Below, piece by piece: positions 8,769 to 16,708 of a stretch of 45,086 nt of DNA. This stretch comes from an uncultured Mollicutes bacterium (lineage in GTDB: Bacteria; Bacillota_I; Bacilli_A; RFN20; CAG-826): positions 1 to 45,086 of the forward strand of contig URQK01000002.1 in assembly GCA_900549975.1 (NCBI GenBank), in the 5' to 3' direction. The translations under genes were made by a program, and so were the position numbers. Within the stretch, counting starts at the first letter, position 1, and each line of letters starts with the position of its first letter. Below the pieces are notes generated by a model. That model was not told the origin of the DNA, did not search any database, and saw only the letters and a program-made list of their open reading frames with translations.

Positions 8769-9062
8769 GTTTTTCAGTGTGTGTTTTTAATTAAAGAAAG
8801 ACAAGTAGCCACTTAAAAAGGTGTCTAAATTTATTTTGTTATCCATTTTATTTACTAATATTAGTTTGAATATAGAAAGCGCATACAAAATGGCAAAAAA
8901 AATTAATCGGCAAAAATGACATATTTAAAATATTTTTAAATAAATTGATTTTATATTACTATGAGTGAACTTTCTTGATTAAAGCGCCTATTCAAGGCAT
9001 CCAACAATTTAAAATCAATGTTTTTAAAATTGCAAAACTCGTTTACTTTTTAAGCACCTATC

Positions 9063-9091
9063 TTGTGTTATTTGTATTATTAAATTATAAT
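9063..9091 (+). promoter_or_regulatory. candidate sigma-A promoter of nrdDG-dut
   Basis: TTGTGT (9063-9068), 17-nt spacer, TATAAT (9086-9091), about 65 nt upstream of the nrdD ATG. Confidence 0.45.
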
Positions 9092-9155
9092 TTAATAGCA
9101 ACTTTGAATAAACCATAATTAGTTTATGTTAATAAGTGTTAGGAGTGATTTTTAT

Positions 9156-11351
9156 ATGAAAGTAATTAAACGTGGAGGACAAGAAGTCAAGTTCAATTTA
9201 GACAAAATCAAATTAGCAATTATTCACGCTAACGAATCAATTGAACCACAAGATCGTTTATCATTGGAAGCAATTGATAAGGTTGTAGCTGACCTTAATG
9301 TAAAATGCAAAAAAATTAAGAGAGCTTTAAATGTTGAAGAAATTCAAGATATGGTTGAAGATGCTTTAATGGCTTCTGGTAACTATGCTTTAGCACGCTC
9401 CTATATTACATATAGATATAATCGCGCGCTCGTAAGAAAAGCAAATACAACAGATGAAAGTATTCTTTCTCTTATCGAATTAAATAATGAAGAAGTTAAA
9501 CAGGAGAACTCTAATAAGAATCCAGTTATTGTTTCTACACAACGTGATTATATGGCTGGTGAAGTATCTAAAGATATCTCTAAACGTTTCTTATTACCAG
9601 AAGATATTGTAAAAGCACATAAAGAAGGCATTATCCATTTTCATGATATGGATTACTTTGCTCAACATATTCATAACTGCGATTTAGTCAATTTGGAAGA
9701 TATGTTACAAAATGGCACAGTTATCTCTGGTACATTAATTGAAAAACCACATTCATTTTATACAGCTTGTAATATTGCTACTCAAATTATTGCTCAAGTT
9801 GCATCTAGCCAATATGGTGGACAAACAATTACTTTGTCACATTTAGCACCATTCGTTGATGAATCAAGAAGAAATATTCGTGAAGATGTTCTTGAAGAAC
9901 TAGCAGAATATCGTAAAGATTTCAAAGGACCAAAACAAGAATTTGATGATATGGTTGAAAGTATTGTTCAAAAACGTTTAAAGAAAGAAATTGAACATGG
10001 TGTTCAAACAATTCAATATCAAATTAATACTTTGCAAACTACTAATGGACAAACACCTTTCGTGTCTGTGAATATGTATTTGAATGAAGCAAAAGACGAA
10101 CGTACTAAAGAAGATTTAGCAATGGTTATAGAGGAAGTCTTGAAACAAAGAATTCAAGGCACTAAGAATCCAGCTGGCGAATGGATTACTCCAGCTTTCC
10201 CAAAACTCCTTTATGTTTTAGAAGAAGAAAATATTCATGAAGATTCTAAATATTGGTATTTAACTAAGTTAGCAGCGGAATGTACTGCTAAAAGAATGGT
10301 ACCAGACTATATTTCTGAAAAGAAAATGCTTGAATATAAGATTGATAAGAATGGTAATGGTAATTGCTATCCTTGTATGGGTTGCCGTTCATTCTTAACT
10401 CCTTATGTTGATGAAAACGGCAAACCTAAATATTATGGCCGTTTTAATCAAGGTGTTGTTACCATTAACTTAATTGATGTTGCTTTGTCTTCTAAGAAAG
10501 ATATGGACTTATTCTTTAAAATACTTGATGAACGTCTTGAACTTTGCCATAGAGCGTTACAATGCCGTCATGAAAGATTGACAGGTACTGTATCTGACGT
10601 TGCTCCAATTTTATGGCAATATGGCGCATTAGCAAGATTAAAGAAAGGCGAAACTATTGATAAACTTCTTCATGGTGGTTATTCAACAATTTCTTTAGGA
10701 TATGCAGGCTTATGGGAAACAGTTCTTTATATGGTTGATAAAAAACTTACTGAAGAAGAAGGTAAACAATTTGGTTTAAAAGTCATGCAAACCTTAAATG
10801 ACTATACTAATAAATGGAAAAAAGAAGAAAATATTGATTATTCTTTATACGGAACACCAATTGAAAGTACAACTTATAAATTTGCTAAGAGTTTACAAAA
10901 AAGATTTGGTATTATTCCAGGAATAACTGATAAAAACTATATCACCAATTCTTATCACGTTCATGTAACTGAACAAATTGATGCATTCTCTAAATTTGCA
11001 TTAGAAGCAGAATTCCAAAGATTATCACCTGGTGGCGCTATTTCGTATGTCGAAGTGCCAAATATGAAAGATAACATTCCAGCAGTATTATCAGTAATCA
11101 AATATATTTATGAAAATATTATGTATGCTGAACTTAATACAAAATCAGACTTCTGCCAAGTTTGTGGATATGATGGGGAAATTCAAATTGTTACTGACGA
11201 AGATGGCAAATTAGTTTGGGAATGCCCACATTGCCATAATAGAGATCAAAGTAAAATGAATGTTGCGCGTCGTACATGTGGCTATATTGGTACACAATAT
11301 TGGAACCAAGGCCGTACACAAGAAATTAAAGAAAGAGTATTACATTTATAA
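9156..11351 (+). CDS. nrdD: anaerobic (class III) ribonucleoside-triphosphate reductase
   Basis: Start moved to ATG 9156 (AGGAG 9141-9145). ATP-cone MKVIKRGGQEVKFNLDKI; Zn site CQVCGY..CPHCHN; glycyl-radical motif RRTCGYIG at the C-terminus. Confidence 0.95.
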   Translation: MKVIKRGGQEVKFNLDKIKLAIIHANESIEPQDRLSLEAIDKVVADLNVKCKKIKRALNVEEIQDMVEDALMASGNYALARSYITYRYNRALVRKANTTDESILSLIELNNEEVKQENSNKNPVIVSTQRDYMAGEVSKDISKRFLLPEDIVKAHKEGIIHFHDMDYFAQHIHNCDLVNLEDMLQNGTVISGTLIEKPHSFYTACNIATQIIAQVASSQYGGQTITLSHLAPFVDESRRNIREDVLEELAEYRKDFKGPKQEFDDMVESIVQKRLKKEIEHGVQTIQYQINTLQTTNGQTPFVSVNMYLNEAKDERTKEDLAMVIEEVLKQRIQGTKNPAGEWITPAFPKLLYVLEEENIHEDSKYWYLTKLAAECTAKRMVPDYISEKKMLEYKIDKNGNGNCYPCMGCRSFLTPYVDENGKPKYYGRFNQGVVTINLIDVALSSKKDMDLFFKILDERLELCHRALQCRHERLTGTVSDVAPILWQYGALARLKKGETIDKLLHGGYSTISLGYAGLWETVLYMVDKKLTEEEGKQFGLKVMQTLNDYTNKWKKEENIDYSLYGTPIESTTYKFAKSLQKRFGIIPGITDKNYITNSYHVHVTEQIDAFSKFALEAEFQRLSPGGAISYVEVPNMKDNIPAVLSVIKYIYENIMYAELNTKSDFCQVCGYDGEIQIVTDEDGKLVWECPHCHNRDQSKMNVARRTCGYIGTQYWNQGRTQEIKERVLHL

Positions 11352-11353
11352 TT

Positions 11354-11884
11354 ATGAATTATGGCGAGATTAAAAATTGTGATATCGCTAACGGAATAGG
11401 GGTACGTGTATCCCTTTTCGTTTCGGGATGTCGTAATCATTGTAAAAATTGTTTTAATCCAATGACTTGGGCTTTTGATTATGGTAAAGAATTTACTAAT
11501 TATACTAAAGAAGCCTTAATCGATAGTTTAAAAAAAGATTATATTGAAGGACTTACGATTTTAGGTGGAGAACCATTTGAACCAGAAAACCAAGAGCAAG
11601 TATTAGAACTCATACAAGAAGTAAGAAAAGAAGTTCCTAATAAAACAATTTGGGTTTATTCTGGATTCACTTATGAAGAATTAATGGGCGTTGAACAAAG
11701 TAGAGCAAGTTTACCAAGTGCAAAAGAAATATTAAGCTTAATTGATATTTTAGTGGACGGAAAATTTGTAGAAGAACTAAAAGATATTCGTCTTAAATTT
11801 CGTGGCTCAAGTAATCAAAGAATTATTGATATGAAAGAAACAAATAAACAAGGAAAGATAGTTTTATCTTCTCTAAATAAATAG
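11354..11884 (+). CDS. nrdG: anaerobic ribonucleotide reductase activating protein (radical SAM)
   Basis: Cluster motif CRNHCKNC; starts 2 nt after the nrdD stop; size and context fit. Confidence 0.93.
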   Translation: MNYGEIKNCDIANGIGVRVSLFVSGCRNHCKNCFNPMTWAFDYGKEFTNYTKEALIDSLKKDYIEGLTILGGEPFEPENQEQVLELIQEVRKEVPNKTIWVYSGFTYEELMGVEQSRASLPSAKEILSLIDILVDGKFVEELKDIRLKFRGSSNQRIIDMKETNKQGKIVLSSLNK

Positions 11885-11893
11885 GAGGACCTT

Positions 11894-12331
11894 ATGCATA
11901 TTAACATTAAAAAACTAAATGATTTAGCAATAATCCCAACTTATGGTAGTGAATTTTCAGCAGGTGCAGATTTATATGCTTGCGAAGAAAATGATGTTAC
12001 CATATTGCCACATCAAACTAAATTAATTCATACTGGTATTGCTTTAGAAATACCAGTTGGTTATGCGGGATTAATTTATGCTCGTAGTGGATTAGCGAGT
12101 AAAAGGCATTTAGCTCCAGCAAATAAAGTAGGAGTTGTTGATGCTGATTATCGAGGGGAAATCATGGTTGCTTTACATAATCATAGCGATGAACCACAGA
12201 CGATTGCTAAAGATGAACGTATTGCCCAATTAGTGGTCACTCCATTTTTAAAAGTTGAGTTTGATGAAGTAGATAGTTTGAATGATACTAAACGCGGTAC
12301 ATGTGGATTTGGATCGACTGGAACCAAATAA
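11894..12331 (+). CDS. dut: dUTP diphosphatase
   Basis: dUTPase motifs AGADLYA, ARSGLA, GVVDADYRGEI, RGTCGFGSTG; RBS AGGAGG upstream. Confidence 0.95.
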   Translation: MHINIKKLNDLAIIPTYGSEFSAGADLYACEENDVTILPHQTKLIHTGIALEIPVGYAGLIYARSGLASKRHLAPANKVGVVDADYRGEIMVALHNHSDEPQTIAKDERIAQLVVTPFLKVEFDEVDSLNDTKRGTCGFGSTGTK

Positions 12332-12363
12332 AAAATCGACAAATAATTGAATATTGTTTAAAA

Positions 12364-12393
12364 AAAACGTTGTCATTATTGCAATGTTTTTTT
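12364..12393 (+). terminator. weak candidate terminator after dut
   Basis: CGTTG (12368-12372) pairs with CAATG (12382-12386, one G-U), flanked by an A-run and T7 (12387-12393). Confidence 0.35.
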
Positions 12394-12436
12394 AATATTG
12401 TTATATTATAAATATAAAGGAAGGAAGAAATTTATT

Positions 12437-13249
12437 ATGAAAAAAAATATTAAAACTATCGCAAGTTTAGCTTTTGTTGCCTTACTTGCAGCTTCATGTG
12501 ATGGCTCAAATATCACAAAAGAAGAAGCACAAAAAAGAGCAAAAAATGTGGCTGATCATGAATCAGAAACTGCTACAGAAGTATTAGAAAAAGGAGTTCA
12601 TCTTTCACTTAAAACTAAGAGTGTAGTTAAAGAAGTAAAATCAAATGCTTCTATGGACATTTATTTTGCTAAGAACTATTTCCATGTTGCTGTAAGTGGC
12701 AAAACAGAAGGCGGAAGTACTGAAGGAAGTACTAAGAGCGATATTTACTTTGGACAAAAAGATGAAAAGTTCTATGCAATTAATACAGTTGATAAGGAAT
12801 ATGCAGTATTAGAATCCGCTACAATTGCTAAGTTTACGGATAAAGTTGCAGAGGCCGTTGATTCAGTATTGGATTTAGGTTCTTCTGATTCATTGAAAAA
12901 AATGCTTGCTACATTCCCACAAAGTTCATCTACAACTGAAATTGATGGATACAAGCATGCTTATGAAATGAAATCAAAAGGTGAAGGTCACTTATGCTTA
13001 AAATCAACAACTTCTTATACTGATAAAGAAGATAAAAAATCAGAAATCGTTTATAAACTAGTTGTTGATAATTATCGCTTTGCTTCTTATGATTTCTCTA
13101 CATCTACAACAGGTGTTTATGCTTCAGCAAAAGCAAGTGCCAAGTATTCAATTAGCAAATCATTACCAAGCGTTAGCGGAATGAAAGAAGTAGCTTCTGC
13201 TTCATTTGAATTTAATTTCGATTTACCTGATTTAGGCGAATTAAAATAA
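12437..13249 (+). CDS. lipoprotein, unknown function
   Basis: Start moved to ATG 12437 (RBS AAGGAAGG). MKKNIKTIASLAFVALLAAS|C signal peptide with lipobox-like Cys; hydrophilic S/T/K/E-rich mature part. Confidence 0.8.
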   Translation: MKKNIKTIASLAFVALLAASCDGSNITKEEAQKRAKNVADHESETATEVLEKGVHLSLKTKSVVKEVKSNASMDIYFAKNYFHVAVSGKTEGGSTEGSTKSDIYFGQKDEKFYAINTVDKEYAVLESATIAKFTDKVAEAVDSVLDLGSSDSLKKMLATFPQSSSTTEIDGYKHAYEMKSKGEGHLCLKSTTSYTDKEDKKSEIVYKLVVDNYRFASYDFSTSTTGVYASAKASAKYSISKSLPSVSGMKEVASASFEFNFDLPDLGELK

Positions 13250-13268
13250 ATAGTTATATTAACTACTA

Positions 13269-13300
13269 ATTGCCCACATCTATTTGTGGGCAATTTTTTT
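13269..13300 (+). terminator. intrinsic terminator
   Basis: ATTGCCCACA (13269-13278) pairs with TGTGGGCAAT (13285-13294); 6-nt loop; T7. Confidence 0.85.
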
Positions 13301-13309
13301 GTATTTAAC

Positions 13310-13338
13310 TTGAAATAATAACTTCTAAGTGTTAGTAT
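13310..13338 (+). promoter_or_regulatory. candidate ssrA promoter
   Basis: TTGAAA (13310-13315), 17-nt spacer, TAGTAT (13333-13338), about 30 nt upstream of the mature tmRNA 5' end. Confidence 0.5.
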
Positions 13339-13369
13339 ATTTCCATGCTTTAAGCATACAATACTAAAT

Positions 13370-13738
13370 GGGGATGTATTGGTCTCGACAGGGTATGGTC
13401 GGGTAAGGAGCGCAGTCGGATGGTCGCGTTAAAGACCAAAAAACAATATCTGGCAACAGAAATCAATTTGCTTTCGCTGCTTAATTAAAGCCTATTAGTC
13501 CCACTTATCGGGAAGCAAAGCCATCTTAATGAACTGGGTCTCTTGGTTTGTTAAAGGTGTAATTTAAAGAGAATAAGGTTTATCGATATCTATAAGGTAG
13601 GCACGAAAAACTATAGGTTACTTAAAAGCGGATTCGTTTGTTGGTCTTACTTTTAAGGAAATCAAGCAGCAAACTAAACTGTAGTGATCTTTACTGGACT
13701 TATTTTGGACGCGGTTTCGATTACCGCCATCTCCACCA
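13370..13738 (+). ncRNA. ssrA: transfer-messenger RNA (tmRNA)
   Basis: 5' GGGGAUG pairs with 3' CAUCUCC followed by ACCA, including the G3-U Ala identity pair. T-arm GCGGTTTCGATTACCGC. Tag frame GGC AAC AGA AAT CAA TTT GCT TTC GCT GCT TAA (13451-13483) gives (A)GNRNQFAFAA. Confidence 0.95.
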
Positions 13739-13750
13739 AAATTAATTATA

Positions 13751-13778
13751 ACTGATGCAACATTGTGTCAGTTTTTTT
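13751..13778 (+). terminator. candidate ssrA terminator
   Basis: ACTGA (13751-13755) pairs with TCAGT (13768-13772), followed by T7. Confidence 0.45.
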
Positions 13779-13789
13779 GTTACTCTGTG

Positions 13790-13831
13790 CATTTACTACA
13801 CGTTTATGATATAATCTAAATGTAGTAAATG
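13790..13831 (+). promoter_or_regulatory. 11-bp perfect inverted repeat enclosing an extended -10 box (operator or second terminator)
   Basis: CATTTACTACA (13790-13800) and TGTAGTAAATG (13821-13831) are exact reverse complements. The loop contains TGATATAAT (TATAAT 13810-13815). T5 follows the 3' arm. Confidence 0.45.
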
Positions 13832-13868
13832 TTTTTAGGTAAAGTTAAATGAATATGAGGTGGAAAAA

Positions 13869-14024
13869 ATGAAAACACACGTGAGTGGAAAAACACATAC
13901 CAAACAACAATTAGATAATTATGCCAATCAAAATAATCCCAATAATGCCGCTTATAAAGCAAACATGGATAATCATGCTAACCAATGTAACAAAAATAAT
14001 AAAAGCTATAAAGGTAAAAAATAA
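13869..14024 (+). CDS. small hydrophilic N/K/Q-rich protein (51 aa) with internal duplication
   Basis: Strong RBS GAGGTGG (13857-13863), 5 nt before ATG 13869. Product: MKTHVSGKTHTKQQLDNYANQNNPNNAAYKANMDNHANQCNKNNKSYKGKK. Not in the ORF track. Confidence 0.6.
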   Translation: MKTHVSGKTHTKQQLDNYANQNNPNNAAYKANMDNHANQCNKNNKSYKGKK

Positions 14025-14227
14025 GTAAACGCATATGAAGTATTAATGTATCCGTCAAAAAATATAGAAGCACCCATTTTTAAGTTGGAGATAATAAAAA
14101 AACTATTTTATAATTGATTATTTAGGTGTAAAGAACAATTTTAATAAATTTAATTAGTAATTTGATTTTAAGATAATAAATTATAAATCAACACATATCA
14201 CTTTTTGTGTTGTTTAATTAATACTCT

Positions 14228-14255
14228 TATCAACATAAACTATAGTTGTTCGATA
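14228..14255 (+). promoter_or_regulatory. candidate TetR operator (imperfect inverted repeat) overlapping a possible -10
   Basis: TATCAACA (14228-14235) versus TGTTcGATA (14247-14255), with a 1-nt insertion. TATAGT at 14241-14246 lies between the arms, just upstream of the RBS of the 14270 gene. Confidence 0.3.
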
Positions 14256-14269
14256 GGAGGATTAAAATT

Positions 14270-14629
14270 ATGAACACAGATAAAATTTATGCAGAATCAA
14301 TTGCAAACGAATACGCACCAAAGGACACATCAAAAGTAGTTGCGTTAAAAAAACTTGATGCAAAGGCTAAAGGACCCGCTAATATATTTGGATATACTTT
14401 TGGTATTATTGGTTCATTAGTATTAGGAGTAGGAATGTGCTTATCGATGAAAGTAATTGGAGATGGAAGTACATTAATGATGGTATTAGGTATTATCATT
14501 GGCATTATTGGTATGGCTATGGTAGGATTTAATTATCCAATATATAAGAGAATATTGGCCAAAGGCAAAGAAAAATATGCTTATGATATTGTTACATTAG
14601 CTAAAGAGATTGCCGAAGAAGTAGAATAA
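14270..14629 (+). CDS. small membrane protein (2 TM), unknown function
   Basis: Start moved to ATG 14270 (TAGGAGG 14254-14260). Two hydrophobic helices, IFGYTFGIIGSLVLGVGMCL and MMVLGIIIGIIGMAMVGF. Confidence 0.8.
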   Translation: MNTDKIYAESIANEYAPKDTSKVVALKKLDAKAKGPANIFGYTFGIIGSLVLGVGMCLSMKVIGDGSTLMMVLGIIIGIIGMAMVGFNYPIYKRILAKGKEKYAYDIVTLAKEIAEEVE

Positions 14630-14650
14630 TTATTGAAAGTAGGTGGCGTT

Positions 14651-15244
14651 ATGGATAAGTTTCAAAGCAAATATTTTAATACCGCCATACTTATGGATGA
14701 GGCTTTATTATTACTTTTAGAAAAGAAAGATTACCAATATATAACAGTAAAAGAAATATGCCAAAAAGCGGGAGTTAATCGATCTACTTTCTATCTTCAT
14801 TATGAAACAATGGATGATTTATTAAAAGAAGCCATTGCAATGATTAATAAAAGATTTTATGAATCATTCGGAAGTAAAAAAGACACTTTTAAAGGCGATT
14901 GGAAAATGTCTAAAAATAAAAGTGAATTAGTACTTATAACACCAGATTATTTAAAACCATATTTGGAATTTATCAAAGAAAATAAAAAAGCATTCAAATT
15001 AATTCATGATCGCCCAGAGCTATTTGATTCAGAATCAACATTTGAAAGAATGTATCAAGAATTATTTGAACCAATTATGGACAAACTAAATGTGCCACGT
15101 GATGAACAAAAATATGCTTTAACATTTTATTCTAAAGGCATATTAGCGGTTATCATGCTTTGGCTAGCGGATGATTGTAAAGAACCAATTGATAAAATTA
15201 TGAACATTATTATGAAATATACTCCCACTGGTAATGTAAGGTAG
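14651..15244 (+). CDS. TetR/AcrR-family transcriptional regulator
   Basis: Start moved to ATG 14651 (AGGTGG upstream). N-terminal HTH ITVKEICQKAGVNRSTFYLHY; all-helical ~200-aa size. Confidence 0.85.
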   Translation: MDKFQSKYFNTAILMDEALLLLLEKKDYQYITVKEICQKAGVNRSTFYLHYETMDDLLKEAIAMINKRFYESFGSKKDTFKGDWKMSKNKSELVLITPDYLKPYLEFIKENKKAFKLIHDRPELFDSESTFERMYQELFEPIMDKLNVPRDEQKYALTFYSKGILAVIMLWLADDCKEPIDKIMNIIMKYTPTGNVR

Positions 15245-15253
15245 GATTAAGAA

Positions 15254-15916
15254 ATGATTAAATCGATTAAAACCTTTGTTAGTAAGATTGTTTCTTTTTG
15301 TAAAAAATATTCTTTTTTAATATCTATTTGTTTTGCTCTGTTCTTTTGCATCTATAATGGAGTATTGGGATTTTATAAAAACGTTATTTGGAATATAGCA
15401 ATATTTTCATATTATCTATTACTTCTTACCATTAGGATGATTTTATATGTAAGAGAAAAGAAAAGTAAAACAGAAGATGAAAAAGATATAAGAAGAGATA
15501 AACAAATTTATATTTCAACATCAGTAATTATGTTTATTATGAACTTAGCGATGATTTTGCCGGCGATTTTACTTATCAATCATCAAAAAGAAGTAAATTT
15601 ATCGCTTATATCTGCGATTGCGGTTGCAGCTTATACAACTTATAAAGTTAGTTTAGCAATAATTAAATTTTGTAAAGTACAAAAAGAACAAAATCTCATT
15701 TATAAACAAGTAAGAATGGTAAACTTATTTGATGCGGTAATGTCAATTTTAACATTACAAAATACACTTACGATTGTGGCTTCTGATGGAAATGATGGAG
15801 ATATGTATACTTTATCAATAGTTACAACAATAGTGATGCTTTTAGCGGTCGCTATTATCTCTATTTATACTCTCAAGAAGAATCTTAATATTAACTTAAA
15901 AACTAGAACTGAATGA
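15254..15916 (+). CDS. polytopic membrane protein, unknown function
   Basis: Multiple hydrophobic segments (about 5-6 TM); ends in TGA; 9 nt after the TetR stop. Confidence 0.75.
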   Translation: MIKSIKTFVSKIVSFCKKYSFLISICFALFFCIYNGVLGFYKNVIWNIAIFSYYLLLLTIRMILYVREKKSKTEDEKDIRRDKQIYISTSVIMFIMNLAMILPAILLINHQKEVNLSLISAIAVAAYTTYKVSLAIIKFCKVQKEQNLIYKQVRMVNLFDAVMSILTLQNTLTIVASDGNDGDMYTLSIVTTIVMLLAVAIISIYTLKKNLNINLKTRTE

Positions 15917-15985
15917 TGAAAAGTTTCTGGTTTTTTTGCTTTTGATATCTCGTTAGTGTACACTAATATTGTAGGAGTAAATAAT

Positions 15986-16621
15986 ATGAACGATAATAAA
16001 CGATTCTGGGATAGAAATGCGAAAAGATATCAAAAAATGCAAAGAAATAATAAAAAAGGTGAAATATTTTTTCAAAAATTAGAAAGTAGCATAACTGGTT
16101 TTTTAAATAAAGATATGAATGTTTTGGAACTTGCCATGGGACCAGCAATGTTAACTAAGGCAATTGCTAATAATTCTAAATTTTTAACTGCGACTGATTA
16201 TTCGCAAGAAATGGTTAATGAAGCCAAAAAGAAAGATTTACCTAGTAATATCAATTTGGAAGTATGTGATTGCACTAATATGCCCTACATTGATAAAACA
16301 TTTGATGCGATTGTAATTGCTAATTGTCTACATATTATCCCTGATCCAATTAAAGCACTTAATGAAATAAGAAGAGTGCTTAAAGATGATGGTATTTTAA
16401 TCGCTCCCACATATACAAGAAATATGGGACACATTACGCCAAGAATTATTTTAATGGTGTTAGGTGGATTTAAAACTTATTCTAAGTGGACAGATAAAAA
16501 ATATATAGCATTTTTGCGTGAAAATAACTGGACTATTATTCATAATGAACTCATATATGGCAATGATTTTCCAGAGTGTTTTGTAGTAGCAAGAAAAAAT
16601 AACAATAATAATCTAGAATAA
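15986..16621 (+). CDS. class I SAM-dependent methyltransferase
   Basis: Start moved to ATG 15986 (RBS GGAG). Motif I-like VLELAMGPAML, acidic loop TATDYS, motif FDAIVIANCLHIIPDP. Confidence 0.8.
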   Translation: MNDNKRFWDRNAKRYQKMQRNNKKGEIFFQKLESSITGFLNKDMNVLELAMGPAMLTKAIANNSKFLTATDYSQEMVNEAKKKDLPSNINLEVCDCTNMPYIDKTFDAIVIANCLHIIPDPIKALNEIRRVLKDDGILIAPTYTRNMGHITPRIILMVLGGFKTYSKWTDKKYIAFLRENNWTIIHNELIYGNDFPECFVVARKNNNNNLE

Positions 16622-16708
16622 GGAAGATAAATATAGTATTATATTTAAGCAAATCAATAAAGAAGAATAAAACAAATTACTAAAAGTGATTGGAAAGGTA
16701 AACTTATT

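Noticed and set aside
8838-8897. 19-codon - strand ORF (MDNKINLDTFLSGYLSFFN) in the nrdD upstream region
   Set aside because: It has no RBS and is too short to distinguish from chance.
9052-9068. Possible NrdR box (CACCTATCTTGTG) at the nrdD promoter
   Set aside because: Only the right half matches the acaCwAtATaTwGtgt consensus. The palindrome is 1 nt short, and there is no tandem partner at the usual ~31-32 bp distance. It is kept only as part of the direct-repeat observation.
13739-16700. Genomic island integrated at the 3' end of ssrA
   Set aside because: There is no integrase or recombinase, and no direct repeat of the ssrA 3' end. The only match is a reverse-oriented 9-mer (TGGAGATGG, 14458-14466) inside a coding region, most likely chance.
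16622-16708. T-box leader upstream of argS
   Set aside because: The spacer is only 87 nt, far too short for a T-box. No specifier hairpin, T-box sequence or terminator is visible.
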